Below are positions 46,535-57,000 of a stretch of 64,000 nucleotides of DNA, in pieces (the first letter of the stretch is position 1; every line of letters starts with the position of its first letter). Below the pieces are notes generated by a model. That model was not told the DNA's origin, did not search any database, and saw only the letters and a list, made by a program, of their open reading frames with translations. The stretch spans positions 62,001 through 126,000 of IMG/VR virus record IMGVR_UViG_3300013120_000738; one strand, written 5' to 3'. The position numbers were made by a program, and so were the translations under genes.

Positions 46535-47328
46535 CACATACAATCCCTACATAATTCTATATCACATCTCTGTGATTGAAGGTGCTTCTGGCGTATCTCA
46601 TTATATCGTGTATTATACCAGATGTCATATATTGGTGTAACATGTGTATTCCCCACAACTTCCTTACCTTCAATATCAGCATGGCATAACGCAACATCAC
46701 CATTTACTAATATTGTCATATTAGTCCATAAACGAGAACATACATCTGTAGATAATTTCCCCCTTGTTGCTATAGATATATCAGCCCAATTATGAAACTT
46801 TGCAAATTTGACACCAGGAAATAATTTCACAGTCCTTCTTTGATCATCAGTATTACAACATCGTATCCTCACATTGACTGGTGATCCTAATTTTCTATTT
46901 AATGCAATAAAATTATAAATATTATCAAATACTCGACCATACTCTAACGGATATCTAATCCTCTCAAATTCCTCTATACTAGACCCATCAACGCTAAAAG
47001 TTATCTGCTCTAATCCAGCCTCAATCAAAGCTTGTGCATATTCATTATTAAGTAATGATGCATTGGTAAAAAGTCTAGGTTTGATACCACACTTTGCCAC
47101 ATATATTACCTTCTCTATTAATGTATCATCTAAAAGAGGTTCCCCAAAATTATGAAGATGTATAGCCCTGCATTTTCGCCTGCACTGATCAACTAGAGTA
47201 ATAAAGAATTGATAATCCATGTATTGTACTTTACGTTGCATCTTCCTATGAGCACACATTATACATTGTGCATTACAAGCATTTGTCACCTCGATTCGAA
47301 CTGTTGGTGGGAAATTTGGTAATTTCAT
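46531..47328 (-). CDS. Radical SAM/SPASM-domain protein
   Basis: CNAQCIMC, GEPLL, TNASLL, SVDG, C..LW....I..NG.V.LC..D......GN, C..C. Confidence 0.93.
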   Translation of the reverse strand: MKLPNFPPTVRIEVTNACNAQCIMCAHRKMQRKVQYMDYQFFITLVDQCRRKCRAIHLHNFGEPLLDDTLIEKVIYVAKCGIKPRLFTNASLLNNEYAQALIEAGLEQITFSVDGSSIEEFERIRYPLEYGRVFDNIYNFIALNRKLGSPVNVRIRCCNTDDQRRTVKLFPGVKFAKFHNWADISIATRGKLSTDVCSRLWTNMTILVNGDVALCHADIEGKEVVGNTHVTPIYDIWYNTRYNEIRQKHLQSQRCDIELCRDCMC

Positions 47329-47412
47329 GATGTGTTACTAGTTATATCTTGACTACCATAGCTATTTCCGTATTTAATCAATAACATCCCACCTTACATA
47401 AAGGCAAAAACA

Positions 47413-48579
47413 ATGCAATCTGGAACGTTCAATGTAGTTACCGATGGACAATGGGGCTCCTGTGGAAAAGGTTTGATATCAACAGCAATCGCCGACAGAT
47501 ATCGACCAAGCGTCATATCAACGACCAATATGGCAAATGCGGGGCATACCGCAGTCGATAGTGATGGAGCCACATTCATAGCTAAGGCCCTACCAGCCCC
47601 AGCAATTCTTGGAAAATGGCGAACTGATTATCTTCCATATATCGTAATAGGACCAACAGCCGCATTTCATGCCAAGCAAATGGCAAAGGAAGTCGCCGAA
47701 ACCGAATGTGCTCCAAGGCTCGTGATACATCCAAGAGCGGGCATAATCACAGAGCAACACCAAGAAATCGAGAATCAACTCAAAGGTGGGACAAAACACG
47801 TCGCTAGTACCATGCAAGGTTGTGGGGCATTCCTTGCCGACAAGATTATGAGGCGGCCAGATTTGAAGCTTGCAGGCGATACAGAATTCACCCAATACTC
47901 AGGGTATACTCTCGAAAAAGCACTCGCGGCATGTTTACGTGGTACAAAATGGCAAAGCCTCTGCGTAGACTTATCGATACCACGCATATTACAAATGTTC
48001 ATGGAGGTGGGCAATACTATCCTACATGAAGGATCTCAAGGATTCAGCCTGGATATTAACCACGGCTCACATTATCCTCAGTGCACCAGCAGAAGCACGA
48101 CGGCTATGCAAAACATGGCCGACATGGGTATTACTCATCATCACATGGGTAGAGTAATATTGGTCATCAGGCCAGCGCCTATTCGCGTCGGTAATGTAGT
48201 TGAAGGTGGTAAAACTGTAGGATATTCTGGCGATTGTTATCCTGACCATACAGAAACAACTTGGGAAGCTATTGGTGAGGCTTGTGGAGCACCACAAGAA
48301 ACGTTTAAAGGTGAATTAACTACAGTCACAAAAAGATTACGACGGGTTTTCACGTTCTCCGATATCCAATTTAAGGAAGCTGTTGCGATTAATGGAGCGA
48401 CCGAGATTGCTCTTAATTTCGCAAACTATATTGATTGGAAGTGTTATGGAACTAATAACCCAAACAATCTTCCTCCCAAAGTCACCGATTTCATAAAGAA
48501 ATTAGAAGATCTAGGTGGCGTCAAAGTCACTATAGTTGGCACTGGTCCAAGAAACGACCATGTTTGTTTCTTAGACTAA
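47413..48579 (+). CDS. purZ: PurZ, N6-succinyl-2-amino-dAMP synthetase (adenylosuccinate synthetase-like, 2-aminoadenine pathway)
   Basis: DGQWGSCGKGL (Ser at the PurA Asp13 position), NMANAGHT, EGSQGFSL, YPQCTSR, R..PIRVG, SGDCYPD, ELTTVTKR.RRVFTFS..Q, LNFANY (replaces PurA TKLD). Confidence 0.9.
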   Translation: MQSGTFNVVTDGQWGSCGKGLISTAIADRYRPSVISTTNMANAGHTAVDSDGATFIAKALPAPAILGKWRTDYLPYIVIGPTAAFHAKQMAKEVAETECAPRLVIHPRAGIITEQHQEIENQLKGGTKHVASTMQGCGAFLADKIMRRPDLKLAGDTEFTQYSGYTLEKALAACLRGTKWQSLCVDLSIPRILQMFMEVGNTILHEGSQGFSLDINHGSHYPQCTSRSTTAMQNMADMGITHHHMGRVILVIRPAPIRVGNVVEGGKTVGYSGDCYPDHTETTWEAIGEACGAPQETFKGELTTVTKRLRRVFTFSDIQFKEAVAINGATEIALNFANYIDWKCYGTNNPNNLPPKVTDFIKKLEDLGGVKVTIVGTGPRNDHVCFLD

Positions 48580-49065
48580 TTGCGATCAAATCTACATCAT
48601 TTCCACACGTACCTATTTTGGATGGGAATGATGAATCGCAAAAAGAATGATGCTAACTATAGAAATAATCTCCGGAAAGCAGCTAAGGCTGCCGGAATGT
48701 CTTTTAAAGCATATAGAGCTTCTAGGTGGGAATCAGTAGGATGGACATATGCTGTGGAGACAGTAAGAAAAAGATGTAAAAGACGCGGTATTGAGTGTAC
48801 TATAACACCAGCTATAGTAAAAAACTTATGGGATAAACAAAATGGAATTTGTCCGATAACAGGCTGGAAAATGGAATTGCGTAAAAGTGGGATTGGATTA
48901 GTTCCAACCACAGTTACAATCGATAGAATAGATCAAAGTGTTGGTTACACACAAAATAATATTCGTCTTATTTGTTTCACTGCTAATAATGCAAGGCACA
49001 CGGGATCAGACGAAGATTTGCTTAAATTCTGTAAGGCAGTAGTCAATCATGCTCGAAGCGTTTAA
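48580..49065 (+). CDS. Free-standing HNH-superfamily homing endonuclease-like protein
   Basis: LW.KQNGICPITG..M...TIDRID...GY...NI.LIC..AN; same family as 2474-3025. Confidence 0.8.
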   Translation: MRSNLHHFHTYLFWMGMMNRKKNDANYRNNLRKAAKAAGMSFKAYRASRWESVGWTYAVETVRKRCKRRGIECTITPAIVKNLWDKQNGICPITGWKMELRKSGIGLVPTTVTIDRIDQSVGYTQNNIRLICFTANNARHTGSDEDLLKFCKAVVNHARSV

Positions 49066-49894
49066 AGTCGCTGCATATCTAGACGAAGCCGGGGAAGACC
49101 CGGCTACGGCCTGCAAAGTCCTGAAGGAATTGAATATCCATTATGCAGTCTTGCGTAGAGCATGGGTCAATAATATTCTAGAACTAAGCGACCGTGGATG
49201 CAAGAAGTTAAGAGATATATTAGAAGAATATGAAGTAACACCTATAGCATTAATAACTACATTGGGAGAAGTCCCAGCTCCAAGTCTTGTGTCCTTAGAC
49301 CAAGAATATATTCAAAGAGCATTCAATTTAGCGTCATATTTCAAGACGCCGATTGTAAGAATCCAGATAGGTACTAAGGTCAAATCAGATGTTACTGCCG
49401 AAGTTGATTGGTGGATGGAGTATATTAAGCAACAATCAATTGCACATAATATATCACCGGTATTCGAGATAACTCCAGATTCTATCTATATAAGGCCTAC
49501 AGATATAGCCGCACTACTTGCCAAGCATAGGAAATGGCAATTATTATATGATCCCGTACAACTTATACTAAAACAAAAACAAGACCCATTTGTCCGCTTT
49601 TGGTCCTTACTGAAGAATAGAACTGCTGCTATAGATGTGCGGGATCATAAGATAGGTAGAGGATTTAAACCTGTTGGCTTTGGTGATTCTAATATATTGT
49701 TAACACTAGTCGACGTGATAAATACACAATACAAGGGATGGTTATTTCTAGAACCAAATCTTGGGAGGCGACACGGATCACACAACACCAAAGAAGATGT
49801 CTTCAAAATGAGTGTTGAAGCCATTAAATTTGGATTACAATCAAAGTTAGGGGTGAATGATGATAAACCTAAACGAAGCGATCCAAAGGATTAA
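49049..49894 (+). CDS. Sugar-phosphate isomerase/epimerase (xylose isomerase-like TIM barrel), partly degenerate
   Basis: DEA..D, LR, IVRI, FE, YDP, IDVRD (His lost), G.GD, Y.GW..LEP. Confidence 0.7.
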   Translation: MLEAFKVAAYLDEAGEDPATACKVLKELNIHYAVLRRAWVNNILELSDRGCKKLRDILEEYEVTPIALITTLGEVPAPSLVSLDQEYIQRAFNLASYFKTPIVRIQIGTKVKSDVTAEVDWWMEYIKQQSIAHNISPVFEITPDSIYIRPTDIAALLAKHRKWQLLYDPVQLILKQKQDPFVRFWSLLKNRTAAIDVRDHKIGRGFKPVGFGDSNILLTLVDVINTQYKGWLFLEPNLGRRHGSHNTKEDVFKMSVEAIKFGLQSKLGVNDDKPKRSDPKD

Positions 49895-50069
49895 GAAGGC
49901 AGGTAGCACAAACGTTCGTGCAGTACCAATGCCAGGTAAAAATGTAAATGAAGATCATCAAATTGAGATAAAAGAAGGGAACACGTGGCTTCCGATAGTA
50001 GACGGAATACCCAGAAGCGCTGCGATGGATATCATTAACCAAGCCACAAATAGAACAATTCTGGGTTGA
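49857..50069 (+). CDS. Small hypothetical protein
   Basis: 70-aa ORF within the operon. Confidence 0.65.
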   Translation: MMINLNEAIQRIKKAGSTNVRAVPMPGKNVNEDHQIEIKEGNTWLPIVDGIPRSAAMDIINQATNRTILG

Positions 50070-50500
50070 TGAACAAGAAGATTACTTCAGTATTAGAATT
50101 ATCAAGATACAAAGTCGGTCACAAGGCCTGGTGGGTTGTGCTGCGCTACTCATCACCAATCCCACAATTAAATAGTGATGAAGAATGGATGCTTCATACA
50201 CACCCAAAAACAATCTATTCAGGCCCATATAAAAATACTTGGCAATCTAAAGCTAAGCTACCTAGACTACATCATTCAGACTTCAATATTGTTGTTTCAC
50301 TATTATCCTCTGAACTAGTAGTAGAACCATTCGTGATTAATAGAATCACCAGAAGCAATCAGACTGGTGAATTTTATTATGCTAATGCGGATGACGAATG
50401 GATGCCAGAATCTTGCCTTTGCGACTCTCAAGCAGCCGCCGTAAAGGAAAGAAGCAGAATACTAAGATTAATGAATAAATGGCTTGCCGAAGCTAAATAG
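50066..50500 (+). CDS. Hypothetical protein
   Basis: 144-aa ORF, coupled to the upstream gene. Confidence 0.7.
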   Translation: MMNKKITSVLELSRYKVGHKAWWVVLRYSSPIPQLNSDEEWMLHTHPKTIYSGPYKNTWQSKAKLPRLHHSDFNIVVSLLSSELVVEPFVINRITRSNQTGEFYYANADDEWMPESCLCDSQAAAVKERSRILRLMNKWLAEAK

Positions 50501-50576
50501 ATTATCTGCTCTGGTAATTAAGATATACATGGTCGCGGAAATCGATCGTGAAACCATCAATAATTAGGATATATCC

Positions 50577-51020
50577 ATGGCCAAGAGAAAGAAAGAAAAA
50601 CACCCTACGTTCTTTTGCTTAGAAGGTGCTATACGGTGCTATGAAGAAGGCACGATGCTCGAGCTACAATCACAAATTACCCCAGAAGAATGGGAACATA
50701 TAATAGTTGAAACAATAAAGTATAAAGCATTCCTAGACTGCTTAAAAGAAATAGCATGTCCAATATTAGAAGAAACCTGGGGTAAAGAGGACGAATACTT
50801 TATCTTCCAACTAGATGTAGCAATATCTAGAATGAGAAATATTGATGCTCTTCTAGTAGCAAAACATAATGCCGAAAAAATCAAGAAATCATACTCTAAA
50901 TGGATGAAAGAGAATGCAGTTGAAGCTAAGAAAGCGATAGAGGAGATACGACAGGCCCACCGCAAAGCCTTGGGCCAGTACTTCGAAGGTGATGATACAA
51001 TGGAGGTGTCGGATTTATAG
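50577..51020 (+). CDS. Hypothetical protein
   Basis: 147-aa ORF with AGGA SD. Confidence 0.7.
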   Translation: MAKRKKEKHPTFFCLEGAIRCYEEGTMLELQSQITPEEWEHIIVETIKYKAFLDCLKEIACPILEETWGKEDEYFIFQLDVAISRMRNIDALLVAKHNAEKIKKSYSKWMKENAVEAKKAIEEIRQAHRKALGQYFEGDDTMEVSDL

Positions 51021-51061
51021 TACTCAAATCTACGATAGATTCCTACGATATAGAGAATGCC

Positions 51062-54000
51062 ATGTCTACAGATGCCTTCGATGACGTAAAAAGACCTATT
51101 AAAGGTCAAATGCGCGAGATCTCACAAGCTACCCACGTAGAAGTAATTTCTGCTCAACAAGAAATTATAACCCCAGCATTTGGATTACCATCGCCAAATG
51201 TCGAAGTAGCTATGCGCGGTTTAGCGTATGGGAAAACTCAAAGAGTCACATCACCTCAAGAAGTAGGCTCAATCACCCCAATTCCACCTCCTTCAGGCTC
51301 ATTAAGTTCAAGTGTTGTAACAGCATCTGCTTATGGCCTAACCGGAGATGGGGCGACAGCGTTCAAAAAGACTGCAGCCGGTTTACGTTATGCTAAAGAG
51401 AGTTCGAAATTACGAACGGCATTAACCAATACTGCGTTTGGTGTTGTTAAACAAGACATATTCTATTCAGGATCTCCAGATCCGTGTTCGGAAGATCCTG
51501 CAGATAACTGTAAAGTAGATCTAGCAGTTGTCTTGGATGATACTGGTAGTATGGGTGGTACTATCAACGGTGTCAAAAGTGGTATCCAAGGAGTTGCTGA
51601 TTTAGTCGAATTAGCTGTTGGTCAGAATTACCGTTTTAGTTTAACAACATTCAAAGACAGCGTCACAACTAGATTACCTTTTAGCAATCTATGCGGATCA
51701 GCATCGCTAACTGCATTTAAAAGTGCCGTTAACGGAGTAGGTGCTAGTGGTGGTGGTGACGGTCCAGAATGGTCAGCAGCAGCCGTAAAACATGCGGCAG
51801 AAGGTAGAGCTGGAAGCTGGCGGGAAGGTAATATTGTACGAGTACTAATAGTACTAACTGATAATATAAATAATTATGGGGTTGGATCAAGTGTAGATTC
51901 CGGAGTATCAGTCAATGCGGCGGCTTCAGCATGTGCGGCTATGAATATCAGAGTCATTTTTGCTGGTACACCTATGTGGGGTACTATGCTAAATGAAGCC
52001 GATACCTATATCAGCATGACCGGCGGGGTTATGATCCAGACTGCTAGGGATGGTCTGGGCGTTGATACTCTATTAACAAGTTACATCTTCGCCCTCTGTG
52101 GTGCTGGTGAGCCGCTTTCCCCAGAATGTGAAGGCGGTATCGATAAGATAGTAAACGGTAAATTCGATACTGGTATAGAAGGGTGGATAGACAAGACGAC
52201 TCTATCGGGGCGATCAATAGCCTGGTATGATACCGATGAACGTAAAGCACTTGAATTGGACGGTGCTGCCGGACAAACAGCGACAGGTATGGAAGGTGGA
52301 GACCTAGTCGTACTTGGATTAGATGTCTTAACCGAGGTTGTTCCACCTACCTCTTCTGCGGCCACAGATCTCCGATCACAGGCGGCGCTTGAACTCCCAG
52401 AAGGATATTCTATAATAGAACATGCACTATGGGATACAGGTGCATTATTACCAGGCCCTAATAATACTGGTGCCACACTTGGTTGGGTAGGTCTTGGTGC
52501 TCATGTCGTAGATCATCCGCCACTCGAGAAAAGATTACAATTGACAGGGTATAATGATGGGTTTTCTACTAGTACTTTCGATGACAAATACGTAGCAGCT
52601 ACGGCCGATGGGGATATTAATATATATGACACGGATGGGACATACGAATCTACACTACTAGCAACGTCTGATCATATAATCAACGTAGAAATTGATATGG
52701 TTCGCGGCCATGTCTTCTACCTTATAAATGGCCAAGAAATTTACAGAATGAATTATGATGGTACTGGGTCACCAATACTTATCGCGTCTCATGTCCCAAT
52801 AGGTGGACAAATATATGCATTCGATATTGACCCAATCAATAATGTTCTAGTACACAGTTCAGTCCGTGGCACTACCTATGAGATATTAATCAACAATTTA
52901 GATAATCACGTCAATCCAGGAACACCAACTGGGTACCGCGTAGCCAGGACAACAACCGATGAGGTAACACATATAAAAATAGATACCAATTCCGGACATA
53001 TTTATTGGATAGAAGAAGGCGTCGGAACAGCGTCATTAAAGAGAGCCTCTTACGACGGAGATGTACAAAATATTGTAACTGATTTATGGGGTGGGTCAGG
53101 GACCGGCAGTGAAAGAGTTTCTGGCATAGATATAGGATTCGATCCAGCCAATCCTATAGAGACTACTATTTATTTGAGTTTGATAAATGTTTCAACCGCA
53201 TCAATCGCTAAAGTAAGAATTGAAACACTTGCTGATAATACAATATCATCAGTCACATATACTGAGACCTTTATTGATTGTGGGGGTGCTCCTCCGCAAG
53301 ATGTCCTATTCGACCCGATTGCTGGTAGAATTGTAGCACCACAAGGCCCAATAGAAGATGCGGGCCAAGTAGCACAATATCTATTAGGCGGTAGAAGTAC
53401 ATCACCAACATATTTCCAGCCATCACCAACCAAAACACCAAGAAGTGTTAAAAGAATCATCACAAACGGGGCGGCGATAGCCCAAACATTTGCGGTCGCT
53501 ACTGATGATCTTTTCGCATTTTCAGCCAATATCGATACAGTAACAGACGGTTCAGTTATTATCCAACTAGTAGATGGTGACACAGTACTAAATGAAGCAT
53601 ATTATAATCCAGGTGCCACATCATTTGCCGCCGTCCCAGATATTCCCGCAGTTGTTATTAACGGAGAAACAGAAAATACATTTACCAGATTTCGCCCGCA
53701 AGTCCTTGGTGGGACTGTACTAGATCGCAGTGAATACCCTGTTGTTGTGAAATGTGGGCATGGAGGAGTGCCATATTTTGGTAGTGGTGTGCTAATAACA
53801 GATAGGCATGTTTTAACTGCAGCTCATGTTACTTATCGCGCTAGTGGTACTGCATTAGCCGACAATGAACAAATAGTACAAGTCTATACTGGGGGTTCAC
53901 CGCCAGAAGTGAATATGCTCTCCAGAAAGATTTATAGACATCCTGACTGGAATCCAGCCGCACTTTCTGATCCTAGTCTATTAGGTCTAGACACCACAAA

Positions 54001-57000
54001 TGATATAGCAATAATCGAACTTGCCGGAGGTATACAAGGCCTTAGTCACGGTGACGCGGGACCACCTGGGTCACCAGTTATGGGGCATCCATTAATTTCA
54101 TCAGACTTATGGGGCGGTAGAGACGCTGACCCTGTGGTAGGCGATGATATAGATGTCTATGGTTATGGACCAGGAGAAGTACCATTTGATCCAGACGATT
54201 ACGGGATATTGAGGCGTGGTACTACTGAAGTTGAAGAAGTCACAAGTACTCTGATTAAATGGCAGTATATGCCAGGTGAAGAAACAACATTGCCTGGTGA
54301 TTCCGGTGGACCATTGATGGTTAATAAAAGTGGTCTGATCCATGTTGTTGGTGTTGTGTCTGGTGGTCCAGCGTCACCGGGGTTTGGCGGTGGGATTCAT
54401 TTTAATACCAAAGTTTCTGCATATGCAGAGTGGATATATGGTATTATAAATGGTCCGCAAATAACAGCAACCGTACCAGAAAGTGGGCAAGTAACCGCAG
54501 TTGTCAGATTGGTATCAAATAATGGTGTGCTAGGCGAAGCTGATATTGAAGCAGCATTGACAACATATCAGACTGGTGTACCATCAGGTCTTGGTAGACT
54601 GAGATACCAACTTAGAAACAGTAGTGAAGCTGTATTAGCTGGCGATAGTGTAACAATAGAAGACTTACAACCAGCTGGAGAATCAACAAGATTTAACATT
54701 TCTGCTGAAGTGCCGTCAGATGGCGAAGTAGAAGTGTTCTTCACTGCTGAGGATGGTGGTGCCGCAAAATTTATTGTCGATAATGTCTTGTTATGTCTGT
54801 CTAAAATAGATGATTGTGGCCCAGGCCAACGTAATGCCGTTCTCAATCCGAATTTTGAGAGAGGAGTTGAAAATTGGACTGATGGTACTGGTGTACCATT
54901 ACCAACGACAGATAGATTATATTGGGACCAAGATATTCAAGCTATTGTCACCAGCCTTGCTGGAGCTCCAGAAATACGGACCGCAATAACCGACCTAAGA
55001 CCAGATACTAATATGGTTCTGGACTTTGAAATCGCGGTTATGAGTCCGGCTACTATTCCTACTCTGACATTGGCATTCGGTGCCAGAAATATTTCTGGTG
55101 ATATTCTAGCATCTGACACGATAACGCTTGGTGATATAGAACCGCTACCAGCAAGAGTACAAGTAACATTCAGCGCACCCGCCGATGGCCAAGCCATCAT
55201 CTTTATGAAGAGTGGTGGTCTTTCAGGGCTTGAATATAGCGGTACCACAAAGATCCGCAATGTTTTGGTTTGTAATCAGGCTGGTAGATGTGAATCAGGG
55301 TATGATAGGATATCATACGACGATTTTGAACTTAGTAAAGGTACTTGGAGTGGTGGTACACTTAATGCAATAGATGGATCAGTAACATTAGGGGCTGCTT
55401 CCGGAGCGACTCCTGGCGAAACCTTATCACAAAGCTTTACCGACATCACTCCAGGCACCGAATTTCAATTAACGTTTAACAGTATAACTAATGCAAACGG
55501 TGTAGGAAGATATTTAGTATCATTCATCCACGGAAGTGTAACAGATCAGTTTACAACTGATGGTGCTGCTGGGATCAAGACCTATGAGATCGTAGCCCAA
55601 GCAGACATAATAACAGTGCGCATCCGTAATCTAGCAGAATACGATGCGGATCTCGATGACATATTAATATGCGAAAAAGCTCCACCACCTTGTGATGGTA
55701 GTATAGAAGGATTGAGAGGACATGTTGAATTTAAAGGTATCCCGCGACGGCCAATAAATGTGTTCAATGCTATCGCAAGATACACAATACGAGACCCAGA
55801 TGACCCATTTGACGTATCAGAAGTAACACATGCAGCAGAAACGGAAGGACATCTAGGTGCGGCCACGTGCGATTTATGGAAACAGCAAGGTGATGGAGGA
55901 TTTGCAAGAACTGATGTTCTAGGCTCTAACCTCACGTTGATAAATGATATAGATGATGGAGATTTAGTAACCATAACATCCAGACCAAATTGGCTGTGGT
56001 CTATACCACAAACTGGAGATCTTGGTCAGGATTCGCTTATTATTGAATTCCCAGATCCTCCGAGTGGGTTGATAGAATCTGTTGACATATACCTGTTAAT
56101 GAACCGTATCGAACCCAGCGGTTCAGACACAGCCCCAGTTTACCCACCTCCGCTAGATTGCCTACCAGACCCTGCAATCCAGCTCAATACACTTATATCA
56201 TTCACCAATAGCTTGGGATTGAATAAAGAATTCAGCGTGACTAAAGATTTGGCAGATTTGTTAGAAGAAGAAACGGATTATACTCCGGGTTTCGGACGTC
56301 CTCCTTGGGATACAGATACGCCTTTAGGACTTGGGTTTTCTGGCACTACAGCGAGATGGGAGAAATTCAGTTTCCCACTTGATTTGCCAGATGGTAAAGG
56401 TCTTGATCAATGCACGACCCCAATATTCTTTTCAGCTATCGGCACAGGCCAAATCAACTTTGGTGAATTTTATATATCGACTACAGGCGGTATTTTTGTT
56501 GACCCTTGTGAAGCTGTTATCGAAGTAGAAGAGATTGGTTCTGGATCGGCAACTAACGAAATCCAATCAATAAGAGTCCCCGCATCAACAGGTGGATCAT
56601 TCGATATCAGCCTCACATACAGTGGCACAACAGATACTGTTACTGTCCCATATGGGTCAACAGCAGCTGAATTAGCAGCAAAACTGGCCGAACTTAGTAA
56701 TATTGGTAATATTGCTAATGTTAGTGTAGGTGGCACAGGCTCAGATATTGACCCATACCTAGTAGAATTCACTGGCAGCCTAGCTGGTGTTGATATGCCA
56801 TACCTGATACCTGATGGTACCAACCTAGAAGGTGCGGCAAGTGCCTACGTTGTTACTGATTTCGATGGTACACCTAATGAACGAAAGACAGTTGCAAAGA
56901 AAATAACCACCACGAATGACTTCTTTATCACATTCGAAGGTGTCACATCAGTCCCATTTGCCCATAGCGAACCGATTGGTATCTTCGAGGCCAAATTGGA

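Noticed and set aside
47413-48579. Ordinary adenylosuccinate synthetase PurA, or GTP-using PurZ0
   Set aside because: Lacks the GDEGKG Asp and the TKLD/TxxD guanine-specificity motif; has GS.GKG and NFxNY instead.
44232-50500. datZ, mazZ or dpoZ next to purZ
   Set aside because: No HD-domain, MazG-like or family-A polymerase motifs recognised in any neighbouring ORF; they could lie outside the window.
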